From an uncultured delta proteobacterium (GTDB taxonomy: Bacteria; Bdellovibrionota; FAC87; UBA2466), in contig CAVZSV010000004.1 of the NCBI GenBank assembly GCA_963778115.1, positions 1,152,001-1,216,000 of the forward strand: 64,000 nucleotides of DNA, read 5' to 3'. Numbering within the stretch: the first letter of the stretch is position 1; the number at the start of each line of letters is the position of its first letter. Position numbers and translations under genes: made by a program. A model generated the notes under the pieces. It saw nothing but the letters and a program-made list of their open reading frames with translations. It ran no database searches and was not told the DNA's origin. Positions 28,992 to 38,560 of this stretch are shown here, in pieces.

Positions 28992-29606
28992 ATGCGAAGT
29001 GCGCCGCCTAATTCACCGGTTGTCGATCTCTCCTCCTACAAGCGCGAGGGGTACCGACCAAAACGATCGCCCTTAGTCATCTACCTTTGGTATTTGCTGA
29101 ACCTTATCGTAATCCGAAACCCATTTAATCCTTCCTCTCGACTACGGGCTATTACCCTAAGGCTCTTCGGCGCCATCATAGGGCACCACGTCATCCTACG
29201 ACCGGGATTGCGAGTGAAGTACCCCTGGGAACTGGAAGTCGGAAACTACACATGGATTGGCGAAGATGTTTGGATAGATAACTACGCAAAAGTTCGTATC
29301 GGAAATCATGCTTGTCTTTCGCAAGGAACTTACCTTTGCACGGGAAATCACGACTGGAATGATCCTGCCTTTGCGATCTGTCCTTCCCCGATAACCATTG
29401 AAGACGGAGTCTGGATAGGAGCCAGATGCTTAATTGCCCCTAATGTTACGTTGGGAGCGCAATCGGTGGTATCCGCGGGGGCCACGGTTTTTCATAATCT
29501 CGACGCTTTCGGCATCTACTCGGGAAATCCCGCCGTTAAGGTGCATCGAAGACGATTATCGACGACATCAAAACGCCACAAAACTGCTGGTGTCAGCAAG
29601 CAATGA
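28992..29606 (+). CDS. wcaF: WcaF-like hexapeptide-repeat acetyltransferase
   Basis: LRLFGA, VKYPWELEVG, WIGEDVWIDN, SQGTYLCTGNHD, GNPA. Confidence 0.88.
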   Translation: MRSAPPNSPVVDLSSYKREGYRPKRSPLVIYLWYLLNLIVIRNPFNPSSRLRAITLRLFGAIIGHHVILRPGLRVKYPWELEVGNYTWIGEDVWIDNYAKVRIGNHACLSQGTYLCTGNHDWNDPAFAICPSPITIEDGVWIGARCLIAPNVTLGAQSVVSAGATVFHNLDAFGIYSGNPAVKVHRRRLSTTSKRHKTAGVSKQ

Positions 29607-30985
29607 GCAAGCCGAGTCATCTTCTTTCCCTCTTCAAGCAACGGGGAAGTTTTCTGATTAAGCGCTACTATCATGTTCTTACCGGAGCTTCTTGGCTAAT
29701 CGTTGCCCAATCGCTGAATCTATTTTCGCGTTTTGGAGCAGTGTGGGTCCTGACTCGGCTCTTAAATCCAAAAATGTTCGGTCAACTTAATTTAACCACA
29801 GCTCTGTATGTACTTATCTATGCCATTTTCTGCTTTCCCATTTTGCAGTCGGTTCTGCGCTTTTTTCCGAGGATGCAATTGGAGGGGCGACCATGGGCGA
29901 TTCGTTCCATCATCGCTCCGTTGATGCGTCGACGCCTTATTTACGGGGTAGTTTCCGTCTTATTTTTTGGCCTCGTTTGGCAATATATGAGAACCAGTGA
30001 ACTGCATCCTTGGACACTAGTGGCAGCTTCACTTTGCATCATACTAGAGGCGGCGCGCAGCCTTGAACTTAATCTTCTCAATGCGACCAAAAGCCACAAA
30101 AGCTATACGATCTTTACTTCGCTAGACAACGTGACTCGCACTGTATTCGCCGTCTCATTCGCGTACTTTGTAGGTCCTACCGCCACGAACGTTCTGTTGG
30201 GTTACGCGACGGGAACAGGCGTCACTCTTTTACTTTGTCGACGAATAAGAGCCGCATCGCTTCCAGACTCCCGCTCCCAAGAAAAACAAAGCGACCATAA
30301 ATTGCGAGAGGAACTGCTCGTTTACAGTAAGCCCCTGGGTTACAACTCCTTTTTGGGTTGGATAATCGCCTTCTTGGATCGTTACTTAGTGGATCTGTTC
30401 GACGGCTTAAGGTCAGCGGGACTCTATTCAGCGGTTTATAGCTTGGGCTCGGCCCCCTTTTCTCTCATTAACGCCTCTTTTGGAACGGTATTGCGTCCCA
30501 TTCTCTTTAACGCCGTGGAACACAACGAGCGGGCCAAGGCCAGAAATGTGCTGATAGCCTGGATCTCTATTGTAGGCGCGGTTTCCCTGGCGGCGCTCGT
30601 TCTTATATTTCTCCTAAAAGACTGGATTGTGCGATTTGCTCTGGGAAAAGCCTACTGGGGAAGTGCTGGAATCCTTCCCTGGATTGCCGCTAGTTACGCC
30701 GTTCAGGGATTTCAAATTATCACCGATGCCTGCCTCTACGCGTATCATAGGACAAAAGCATTTATCGGCATTCAACTTGCTGGTGCAGTCACTGCAATCG
30801 CACTTTACGTCCCTCTTATTTACTTTTTTAAAGGGCTAGGAGCAGCAATTGCTACTTTCCTTCTGGCTTTCGTGACGGTGGGTTTGAGTGCCTGGCGTGC
30901 CTGGTCGGCTTCCAATAGCTATTGGAATGAAATGCAGCGCAAGCACGAGGAAATCGTCGGGGAGAAGCGATCGGCTACTCGCTAA
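29603..30985 (+). CDS. wzx: Polysaccharide flippase (Wzx/MOP superfamily)
   Basis: 12-14 TM segments, LTRLLNPKMFG, DRYLV..AGLYS, GLGAAIA. Confidence 0.82.
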   Translation: MSKPSHLLSLFKQRGSFLIKRYYHVLTGASWLIVAQSLNLFSRFGAVWVLTRLLNPKMFGQLNLTTALYVLIYAIFCFPILQSVLRFFPRMQLEGRPWAIRSIIAPLMRRRLIYGVVSVLFFGLVWQYMRTSELHPWTLVAASLCIILEAARSLELNLLNATKSHKSYTIFTSLDNVTRTVFAVSFAYFVGPTATNVLLGYATGTGVTLLLCRRIRAASLPDSRSQEKQSDHKLREELLVYSKPLGYNSFLGWIIAFLDRYLVDLFDGLRSAGLYSAVYSLGSAPFSLINASFGTVLRPILFNAVEHNERAKARNVLIAWISIVGAVSLAALVLIFLLKDWIVRFALGKAYWGSAGILPWIAASYAVQGFQIITDACLYAYHRTKAFIGIQLAGAVTAIALYVPLIYFFKGLGAAIATFLLAFVTVGLSAWRAWSASNSYWNEMQRKHEEIVGEKRSATR

Positions 30986-30991
30986 GCACCT

Positions 30992-32077
30992 CTATGAGAT
31001 ATTCTTCTTTAGGGAATTGAAACTTCGTTCCACTGCATTTAGGACTTCATCGACACCGATAGACAAAATACATCTTTTCTTTTCAATAAGGCAATCGGTG
31101 AGACGACATCCAAAACATTCCGTCTGATGATAAAGAACCGTATGGTTACTACCGAACGGAAACCATTGGCCAGGGGGATTCTGGGCGGAAAAAATGGCAA
31201 TGCAGGGAGTTCCTACGCAAGCCGCCAAGTGCATAGGACCGCTGTCGTGCCCTATGAAGAGATCGGTTTGACTTAAGATCGCCGCCGATAGCCGGGGCGA
31301 TACTTTGCCACAGAGGTTTAATTTCCTTCCTCGCCAAGGCATTAATATTCGTTCGGTCAAATCGAATTCATCTCCGGCCCCAATCGCAACAACACCGGAG
31401 ACCCATTTTTGGGAGTCCAGTTTTTCTAAGAAGGATCTCCAATTCGGTTCGGTCCAATCCTTACTAGAGATCTTGGTCCCCATGCTCACGGCAATCACTC
31501 TCTCATCCGCTTTGAATGCAGACAGGTAATGGCTAGCCTCGCTTTGCTCATGAGCGGTTAGGTTCAGATTCCACGAGTCTGGTAGAGTCACATCGATATT
31601 TCCCAAAGCAGATAATCGGGAAAGCAGCCGAAGGGCTTCTGCCTGGTAAAGACCGGTATGGGAGTCTTTTTGACAGCTAAAATCGCTCTTCTTAAAGGGA
31701 ACTCCCAGTTGCTCGGTAATTCCCGCGGCCCGGAAGAAAAGACTATCGCGCGCCGAATGAAGTCTCGTTTTTCGGGCGGCTGCTAAGTCAATTAATAGAT
31801 CGAATTTCTGTCGACGCAACTTTCTTAACAGACTGCCTATAACGATAGGATCACGAAGCTGTATCGGGTACTCGATAAAGTCATCCACCAAACCGGTATT
31901 ACCCAGTAAAGACGGGAGAGGTGCCGCTTTGCGGTTAATGGGGAAGTTCGTAATCACACTAATATGAGCGTCGGGAAACTCTCTCCGGATGAGGTGAAAA
32001 CAGGGAAGCGCGACGATGGTGTCTCCAATGCTTCCCAACCGATAAATCAGAATGCGTTTTGAATCTCTTAGTCCCAT
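30992..32077 (-). CDS. Glycosyltransferase family 9 (heptosyltransferase-like)
   Basis: ILIYRLGSIGDT, KDW, NLCGK, FIGHDSGPMHLAACVGTP. Confidence 0.9.
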   Translation of the reverse strand: MGLRDSKRILIYRLGSIGDTIVALPCFHLIRREFPDAHISVITNFPINRKAAPLPSLLGNTGLVDDFIEYPIQLRDPIVIGSLLRKLRRQKFDLLIDLAAARKTRLHSARDSLFFRAAGITEQLGVPFKKSDFSCQKDSHTGLYQAEALRLLSRLSALGNIDVTLPDSWNLNLTAHEQSEASHYLSAFKADERVIAVSMGTKISSKDWTEPNWRSFLEKLDSQKWVSGVVAIGAGDEFDLTERILMPWRGRKLNLCGKVSPRLSAAILSQTDLFIGHDSGPMHLAACVGTPCIAIFSAQNPPGQWFPFGSNHTVLYHQTECFGCRLTDCLIEKKRCILSIGVDEVLNAVERSFNSLKKNIS

Positions 32078-32083
32078 TCTAAT

Positions 32084-33124
32084 TTAGGCCGCTTTCTTAA
32101 GGTGTATCAGTTCTGCTAGGGCCGTTCTTAGGCGTTCCGGATAACTGTATCCCGAAGTGAGGCACCTCAGGCGCCCCGCTTTACTTATTTTAATTCTCTC
32201 ATCAGTATGATCGCGATAATAGATCGCTTTTTGGATGAGTTCTGCATCTGAGCTGAAAAATTCGGCCTCTTTCCCCTCTTTAAAAAGAGCGAGGTGTTCT
32301 TCGGTACGTTCCGCGAGGAAAAATCCTCCGCACGCGGGGATCTCCAAGGATCGGTTGGTTTGTTGGTCACGGTTGATTTTCCTTAGGAAGCCCAAATTAA
32401 TATCAAATGAGCTAATCGCTCTTAGATAGTCCTCTGCTTCGACCGGTGCATATTCTATTTTCAATGGGGGCGGGCAGTTCTGCAACTGTGGCCAATTATT
32501 TCCCCAAACGCGGACGGGCAATCCTGCCTGGGCCAGTTTTCTAATGGATTGTTCTCTTTGGCTTTCCCAGGTTCCAATAAATCCGACTAGCCCCCCTAGA
32601 CGAGCCTTTTCCTGCAAAGATAGCGATAACGGACGATGGAAATTCGGATCATATCCGTTAGGAGAAAAGAAAACTCTCGGACAACCCATGGCGGTCAATT
32701 CGCGGACGCCGAAAGATTTCGTGGTAAAAAACGCATCGTAATAAGAGAGCCCTCTCAGAAAATTTCGCGATTGATTGTGTCTCGCCTTCATATCGTCGCA
32801 AGCATAACCGGCTATCAGGCAGGTAGGGAAATTCTTGCGAACGAACTTCAGGGTTTCGGGCCAGACACACAGCGCCTTATCCAGCCATAGAACGTCGAAA
32901 GCTTGATTCTCCATGGCCTTAGCCACTCGCGCGTTCACATGATTGAGATCGGGGTAAATGAGTAGCTTTCTCAGAATTCGATATTTCAGCGAAGCATCGA
33001 TGCTTTTCGCATTTTCCGGATCGGGACTAATAGCAGTCACGCGATGTCCCAGCTCGCTAAAAGCCGTGCATCTTTGTAAAGATGTCGAACCCAAATGAAG
33101 TTTACCTACGTAAAGAATATTCAT
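32084..33124 (-). CDS. CgeB/DUF3880-like glycosyltransferase
   Basis: GFIGTWE, INLGFLRKINRD, RSLEIPACGGFFLAERTEEH. Confidence 0.82.
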   Translation of the reverse strand: MNILYVGKLHLGSTSLQRCTAFSELGHRVTAISPDPENAKSIDASLKYRILRKLLIYPDLNHVNARVAKAMENQAFDVLWLDKALCVWPETLKFVRKNFPTCLIAGYACDDMKARHNQSRNFLRGLSYYDAFFTTKSFGVRELTAMGCPRVFFSPNGYDPNFHRPLSLSLQEKARLGGLVGFIGTWESQREQSIRKLAQAGLPVRVWGNNWPQLQNCPPPLKIEYAPVEAEDYLRAISSFDINLGFLRKINRDQQTNRSLEIPACGGFFLAERTEEHLALFKEGKEAEFFSSDAELIQKAIYYRDHTDERIKISKAGRLRCLTSGYSYPERLRTALAELIHLKKAA

Positions 33125-33196
33125 TTTATTGGATCATTCGAGCCATTGAAGCTGTTTTGACGCCAAGAGCCAATCAGAGCGTATCTGTCTGGTCAC

Positions 33197-33224
33197 TTAT
33201 CGACCCCAATACTAACTCTCTAAA
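33197..33224 (-). promoter_or_regulatory. sigma28/FliA-like promoter
   Basis: TTTAG-N15-GTCGATAA on the minus strand. Confidence 0.45.
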
Positions 33225-33297
33225 GGTAATCGAAATGGGCAACAAGAGGGGGGCGGTGGAAGCCGTATTAGAAAAAAGAATCATCCTGGGATCTTAC

Positions 33298-33325
33298 TTA
33301 ATTATTGGATTTTTTAAGACGATAA
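33298..33325 (+). promoter_or_regulatory. sigma28/FliA-like promoter
   Basis: TTAAT-N15-GACGATAA. Confidence 0.45.
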
Positions 33326-33347
33326 GCTGAAGAAGGTGACGTATCAA

Positions 33348-34565
33348 ATGAAGCTTCTCTATCTAGTCAGCCATCCGATTCAATATCAAGCACCTCTGTT
33401 ACGCCTAATCGCCAAAGAGCCTTTGATCGAGCTAAAAGTGCTGTTCCGACGGGGCTACTCCAAGGGGGTCCATCTAGATCCTGGATTTGGAGTTCAGATC
33501 CAATGGGATGTTCCTTTGATAGAGGGATACCAGCACGAATTCATAGAGGACGAGTTAAAGGCTGTCTCCCCCTATTCGTGGCGTCAAAATGTTCGGTATT
33601 GGAAACGAAAGCTAACTATCGAGCATCCCGACGCGCTTTGGCTCCACGGATATAATCCGCTCACTCACACGGCAGCCTTGTATGTCGCTCGTTCCATGGG
33701 AATTAAAACTTTGTTGCGAACGGATTCTCACTTAGGAGATCGCCGTCGCAGCATTCTAAAGCAATTGGTAAAGCGGCTAATTCTGCCCCGAATTTTTTCT
33801 CGAGTTGACGCTTTTCTCTGTATCGGCACCCTTAATAAGAAATACTTTAGATACTACGGCGCGGCCGAGCAGAAACTTCACCTAATGCCCTATGCCGTAG
33901 ACAACGAATATTTCTCAAGCCGTGCGAAAAAGGCGGAAAAGACGAAATCGGATTTAAAGAAAGAACTTTCAATCGAGGAAGGTAGGCCCATTATCCTTTT
34001 TGCCAGCAAGTTAATCTCAAGGAAGCGACCAAACGATCTCCTCCAGGCCTTTTTGGGAGTCGCTCAAATGAAAACCCTTCGACCTTATCTTCTCTTTGTT
34101 GGCGAGGGTCCTCAAAGGGCCGCCCTTGAAAAAGAGGTCGCTCGTACTGGAAATGACTCCATACGGTTCTTGGGATTTCGAAACCAATCGGAACTACCCA
34201 TATGCTACTCTCTTTGTGATCTTTTCGTCTTGCCCTCGATATACGAGCCTTGGGGGCTCATCGTTAATGAAGTGATGGCTTGCGGCAAAGTAGTTGTGGT
34301 GAGTGACGAAGTGGGCTGCTCCCCGGATCTCATCCAAAATGGACTCAACGGCTTTTGTTTTCAAGCACGAAGCGTTCCATCTCTAAGACAGGTTTTGCAA
34401 AAAGCGCTGGAACGTCTTGAGGGATTTCCTCTACTAGAGCAAAGAGCGAAACAGACGATGGAATTTTGGTCATTTGAACAAGATATAAAAGTGCTGCGCG
34501 GAGTATTTGCCCAACTTGGAGCTAAACCTCAGGAGCCTGGCAGTTCGTGGGGAAAACGATCCTAA
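33348..34565 (+). CDS. Glycosyltransferase family 4
   Basis: SHPIQYQAP, FASKLISRKRP, FVLPSIYEPWGLIVNEVMACG; ATG 33348 after GAAGG. Confidence 0.88.
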   Translation: MKLLYLVSHPIQYQAPLLRLIAKEPLIELKVLFRRGYSKGVHLDPGFGVQIQWDVPLIEGYQHEFIEDELKAVSPYSWRQNVRYWKRKLTIEHPDALWLHGYNPLTHTAALYVARSMGIKTLLRTDSHLGDRRRSILKQLVKRLILPRIFSRVDAFLCIGTLNKKYFRYYGAAEQKLHLMPYAVDNEYFSSRAKKAEKTKSDLKKELSIEEGRPIILFASKLISRKRPNDLLQAFLGVAQMKTLRPYLLFVGEGPQRAALEKEVARTGNDSIRFLGFRNQSELPICYSLCDLFVLPSIYEPWGLIVNEVMACGKVVVVSDEVGCSPDLIQNGLNGFCFQARSVPSLRQVLQKALERLEGFPLLEQRAKQTMEFWSFEQDIKVLRGVFAQLGAKPQEPGSSWGKRS

Positions 34566-36073
34566 GCGTTTGCAGCACGTTTTCTAAGAGAAGTAGAGCT
34601 ATACCCCAATAGCGGCGGGATGATTACAATTTGGGTTCCCACTCTTTTTAATTCCTTAAGCTCCGTAATTTTCTCCAAAGGCTGGTCGCCGCCTTTGAAG
34701 TACAAATCAGGTTTCACCTCCGAAATGAGCCTATCCGCGGTCGATTCGGAAAAAATAGTCACGTAATCCACCGAAGCAAAGCCAGCTAAAATGGCAGCAC
34801 GATCCCTTTCCGCCTGAAGCGGCTCCATCCCGGAACGAATCCGACGAGCGCTTTCATCTGAATTAAGAGCGACCACCAGAATATCGCACTCTCTTTTTGC
34901 TGACTGAAGAAGATGCAAATTTCCGGAATGAATAAGATCAAAGCAGCCGTTGGTAAATCCAATAACCTTTTTTTCCCTTCGAAGCAGATCTACCACCGAG
35001 ACCAATTCCGCTTGAGTTAATATTTTTTCAGGGCGAGTCCCTTGCGTGAAGCTTTTAAACTCGGCCAAGAACTCTGAAGTAGAGACAGTCGCTGCCCCTG
35101 GCTTTCCACAGACTATTCCCGACGCTAAATTACTGAGTTCGACACCCCTCACGAAATCGATTTCCGACGCCATCGCCATGGCGAGAAAAGCTATCATCGT
35201 ATCGCCCGCTCCACTAACGTCAGCCACTTGTCTGGCAGGAGCCAGGTATTGAATGCCTTTTTGGTTCAATTTTCCCTTGGCGTAGACCCCTTGCTCGGAA
35301 AGGCTCAAAACCACGTTCTCAATTTTTGTCGATTTTATGATGTGATCACAGATACGAGAAGCTTCCAGCGATATCTCTTTGAATTTTTCTTCGGGATATT
35401 TTAAGCGAAAGTATTGCCGCCCTTCCCCGAGATTTGGCTTGATGACCGTGCTTCCGTCATACTTCGCCAAAGTTTGTGATTTGGGGTCCGTAATCACCGG
35501 AATGCGGTGTTTTCGACTCGCGGAAATAAGTTTTTTTATCAGCGAACTAGTAAGGAAACCCTTGGCATAATCGGAGAGAATCAAAGCTTTCTTTTTCTTG
35601 GATTTCGCGAAATCAAGAAAGAGCAGAAGTGCTTCGTCTTCTTCCTCAGAGGTCAATAGCTCTACTCTCTCCGTATCGATGCGAATCAGTTGTTGATGCC
35701 CTACTCGAAGACGGGTCTTTCGAGTCGTGGGTACCAAAGCCGAAGTGATAAGGGAATGAGAATGAATCCCCGCCTTCTCGCACAAATCCCTGATAAAGCG
35801 CCCCCCTTCGTCCTCGCCTATGCGACCTAACAGAGTGACTTCGGCATTAAAAGCGGCAACATTGGCGGCAACGTTACCCGCTCCCCCCAACATATGTTCC
35901 ACATGATCTTGAAGCAGTACCGGGACCGGCGCCTCCGGCGAAATTCGAGACACGTTGCCCTGAAGATATTCATCCAACATAAGATCGCCTGCGACAAAAA
36001 GGGAGGTATTGCTCATGCGGGCCAAATCAGAAACTACATTTGACGCGTCTAAAGTAGGAGTTTTCTTTTTCAT
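34562..36073 (-). CDS. hldE: Bifunctional heptose 7-phosphate kinase / heptose 1-phosphate adenylyltransferase
   Basis: GDLMLDEY, RISPEAPVPV, GGAGNVA, SDYAKG, DVSGAGDT; FTNGCFDL, LVVALNSD, KGGD. Confidence 0.9.
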   Translation of the reverse strand: MKKKTPTLDASNVVSDLARMSNTSLFVAGDLMLDEYLQGNVSRISPEAPVPVLLQDHVEHMLGGAGNVAANVAAFNAEVTLLGRIGEDEGGRFIRDLCEKAGIHSHSLITSALVPTTRKTRLRVGHQQLIRIDTERVELLTSEEEDEALLLFLDFAKSKKKKALILSDYAKGFLTSSLIKKLISASRKHRIPVITDPKSQTLAKYDGSTVIKPNLGEGRQYFRLKYPEEKFKEISLEASRICDHIIKSTKIENVVLSLSEQGVYAKGKLNQKGIQYLAPARQVADVSGAGDTMIAFLAMAMASEIDFVRGVELSNLASGIVCGKPGAATVSTSEFLAEFKSFTQGTRPEKILTQAELVSVVDLLRREKKVIGFTNGCFDLIHSGNLHLLQSAKRECDILVVALNSDESARRIRSGMEPLQAERDRAAILAGFASVDYVTIFSESTADRLISEVKPDLYFKGGDQPLEKITELKELKRVGTQIVIIPPLLGYSSTSLRKRAANA

Positions 36074-36118
36074 GAAATAAGAGGTATCAGCGTATTTTTC
36101 TTAAGTTTCTTACTCTTC

Positions 36119-36146
36119 TTATCGGCACGAAGGCAGCCTTTGGTTA
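36119..36146 (-). promoter_or_regulatory. sigma28/FliA-like promoter for hldE
   Basis: TAACC-N15-GCCGATAA (perfect -10 element) on the minus strand. Confidence 0.55.
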
Positions 36147-36168
36147 GTGACGATTATGTGGAGGGGCG

Positions 36169-37041
36169 TCACGACCTCTTTTTTTGCAAGAGCGCGTAAC
36201 CGCTCATTCTGAGCAAGTGCTCTTTTTTAGATCGAGAAAGAAAAATGGCCAGAAATCGATAGTACCATCGCGTAGGAATTTGCCGCCCAAGGCTAAAGCT
36301 CTCAATCGGCAAATAACGAAGTTCTTTGGGCTCCCAGCCACGCCCCCCATAAAAGGCCGCCCAGTCTTTGGGGAAAAATTGAAATGGCGCGTTATCTTTT
36401 AGAAGTTTTGCGATCCGCCCTTTCCGAAGCAGCTTCAAAAAGTACTGCGAAAAATAGTCCACAACCCACCATCTGAAATTCGATTGCAGCGCCAGCCCAC
36501 TCGCCAAAGAAGCCGCCTGTTCGTTGGTCAGATAAGGAACGACTCCTTCGGTCAACACTAGAATATTTTTCCCTTTGGTGTTCACTTCCGCAAGGAACTT
36601 ATTTCTGGCAATTTCATCGGATAGATCGACGGCGATCCGCTCCAGGGAACATTTTGGTATCTCTTGTGCCAAACGCTCCGTTTTGAATTGAATCATATGG
36701 GCAAAATCGGCTTCGATCCATTTAAGATGAGAAGGCAAATTCATCCGGTAAGGACGGGTGTCAAGCCCCGCCCCCAAATTCAACACGATATCCACACCCT
36801 CGGCAATTCGCTCGCTAAGGTAACGATCGATGATGACGGTGCGGATGGTAACCGACCATCTGACCTCTTCAGCGTTCATCCGCTTGGCGATCTCTTCTCC
36901 TCGGGAGCCCGCTAAGACTGCGGCAAGAGGATCGTGAAAAAGTGCGTCTTTACGATTGCCTTCCTGATAACGATACGCCGCAATCCAAAAGGCGGTATCG
37001 GAAACATGCTGAATCGGCTTATCGGCGGAGGCAGTTACCAT
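36169..37041 (-). CDS. SAM-dependent methyltransferase (LCM/TIGR00027-like)
   Basis: VSDTAFWIAAYR, FHDPLA, RT..ID, NLGAGLDTRPYR, TEGVVPYL. Confidence 0.85.
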   Translation of the reverse strand: MVTASADKPIQHVSDTAFWIAAYRYQEGNRKDALFHDPLAAVLAGSRGEEIAKRMNAEEVRWSVTIRTVIIDRYLSERIAEGVDIVLNLGAGLDTRPYRMNLPSHLKWIEADFAHMIQFKTERLAQEIPKCSLERIAVDLSDEIARNKFLAEVNTKGKNILVLTEGVVPYLTNEQAASLASGLALQSNFRWWVVDYFSQYFLKLLRKGRIAKLLKDNAPFQFFPKDWAAFYGGRGWEPKELRYLPIESFSLGRQIPTRWYYRFLAIFLSRSKKEHLLRMSGYALLQKKRS

Positions 37042-37064
37042 GCACAGAGATTATGACAAACTCT

Positions 37065-37622
37065 CTACTCTGCCAACCCACGAGATCTTTTTTCATTTTC
37101 AATAACTAAAACCGCTACGGACGGCTTCGCATTATTTTGAATTTGTGCAGCAATAGGATCCTCAGTAGCCGTGGCATCTCCCTTTACTCTAGAATCCTCC
37201 GAGTGGAAGAGCCGACTGACAGGATTAGCGCGCGCGGCCATATTAAAAGTGTCCACGTTAAGCCTTAGATGATTTTCCAGAAAGTCTTTAAGCTTAGCTT
37301 CACGATCCGTTGCAAGAGCTTCCTCGTCCTTCGACTGACTCTCGTTCCCCTCTCGCTCCTTATCCGCCCAAACCGCAGCATAGACCTTTGCTATTTTGTT
37401 GCCTTTTTTATCATGAGTGACGAACTCCTGAATTTTCTGCTTCATGGCAGGGGTAACTTCACTGCTGCCTTGGGAAAAATCGACCACTAAAGTGGGCAAG
37501 GTTGGGTTACCCGCCCCGAGTGCCGATAAACCGAATAAAAAAGCGAATGAAATCATTAACACCGAGTACAAGATGAGGCCAAACTCAGCGCGTTTTCGAA
37601 GGCGGTTTAAGGTATAGAGCAT
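37065..37622 (-). CDS. Exported hypothetical protein (start uncertain)
   Basis: Hydrophobic N-terminal segment followed by a soluble charged domain (VDFSQGSSE, AVWADKE, TFNMA). Confidence 0.6.
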   Translation of the reverse strand: MLYTLNRLRKRAEFGLILYSVLMISFAFLFGLSALGAGNPTLPTLVVDFSQGSSEVTPAMKQKIQEFVTHDKKGNKIAKVYAAVWADKEREGNESQSKDEEALATDREAKLKDFLENHLRLNVDTFNMAARANPVSRLFHSEDSRVKGDATATEDPIAAQIQNNAKPSVAVLVIENEKRSRGLAE

Positions 37623-37723
37623 AAATATCTTCTCCTTGTTTCAGGGTTTCTGCTAGAACTCTGTTTAGTTGCAATCCCGGTGCCATTGGCTGCACGGAAG
37701 TTAAGTTAAAGCTGAGGAAGACA

Positions 37724-38152
37724 ATGCCAGAACGAACGGCCCCAAGAATGACGAGTGCGAAGGATACCCAGGTCATAGCCGAGTTGCGCCGAGCTCACCA
37801 ATCGATCTCGGAACTGGTCACCCAGGGCGAACTCTGCAAGACACTTTCTGAACAAAAACATCTTGCGGAAATATTGTACAGAGCTCTTGAGAGATATTTT
37901 TCCACGATCGAAGTCATTATCTTTCCCGGTCTAGCGAGGCGACCCGGCGGCAAGCCCGTAGCGGAGTCTCTTTTGGAGCAGAATAATCAATTAAGAGATC
38001 TTGTGGCGACATTACCCTTTCTTGACGCCGCTTCAACCGAGTGGAGCAGCACTTTAAGTGCTATTTCCTCAGCGATTAGCGATCAGAAAAGGTACGAAGA
38101 AGGGGAAATTTTTCCTTTATTAGAACAGACTAGCATGAAGAGCAGCGCCTAG
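37724..38152 (+). CDS. Hemerythrin-like four-helix protein (degenerate)
   Basis: Spacing pattern LRRAH..IEVIIFP..EEGEIFPLL; RBS GAGG. Confidence 0.55.
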   Translation: MPERTAPRMTSAKDTQVIAELRRAHQSISELVTQGELCKTLSEQKHLAEILYRALERYFSTIEVIIFPGLARRPGGKPVAESLLEQNNQLRDLVATLPFLDAASTEWSSTLSAISSAISDQKRYEEGEIFPLLEQTSMKSSA

Positions 38153-38560
38153 TGGCCGATCTCGGTCTCATTCCATGGGACAAAAAGTCGCCCCAGAATC
38201 CTCCCAACACTCCCTCAAAACTCCCCCAAAACTCCGTTGACCCGATTTAGGAATTTGCGCTACGCTGTCGATACCGTCGTTTTGAGAGAGATTTCCAAGG
38301 TAGGTAAACCCTAAATTAAGATCTGTGGAAAAAGACAGCCAATATAGGACCGAGTCCACTTTTTTGCTCATTTTTAGCCTGATAGTTACTGCAGGAGCTT
38401 TACTCGTCTTCCTTCTGCTTTTCCGATGGCAAAGGCAGCAGCCCGTCACCGAACCGGGTTATACGGTTCATCGAATTCCCTAAAATTCCAACACTCCTTT
38501 CTTGTTGCGGCGCAATGCCATTATTGCCGAGGCCATGTCATACTGCGTGAAAGAGGGAAA

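Noticed and set aside
38168..38560. Small ORF or ncRNA between the hemerythrin-like gene and the P450
   Set aside because: No convincing RBS, motif or stable structure that I could support by eye.
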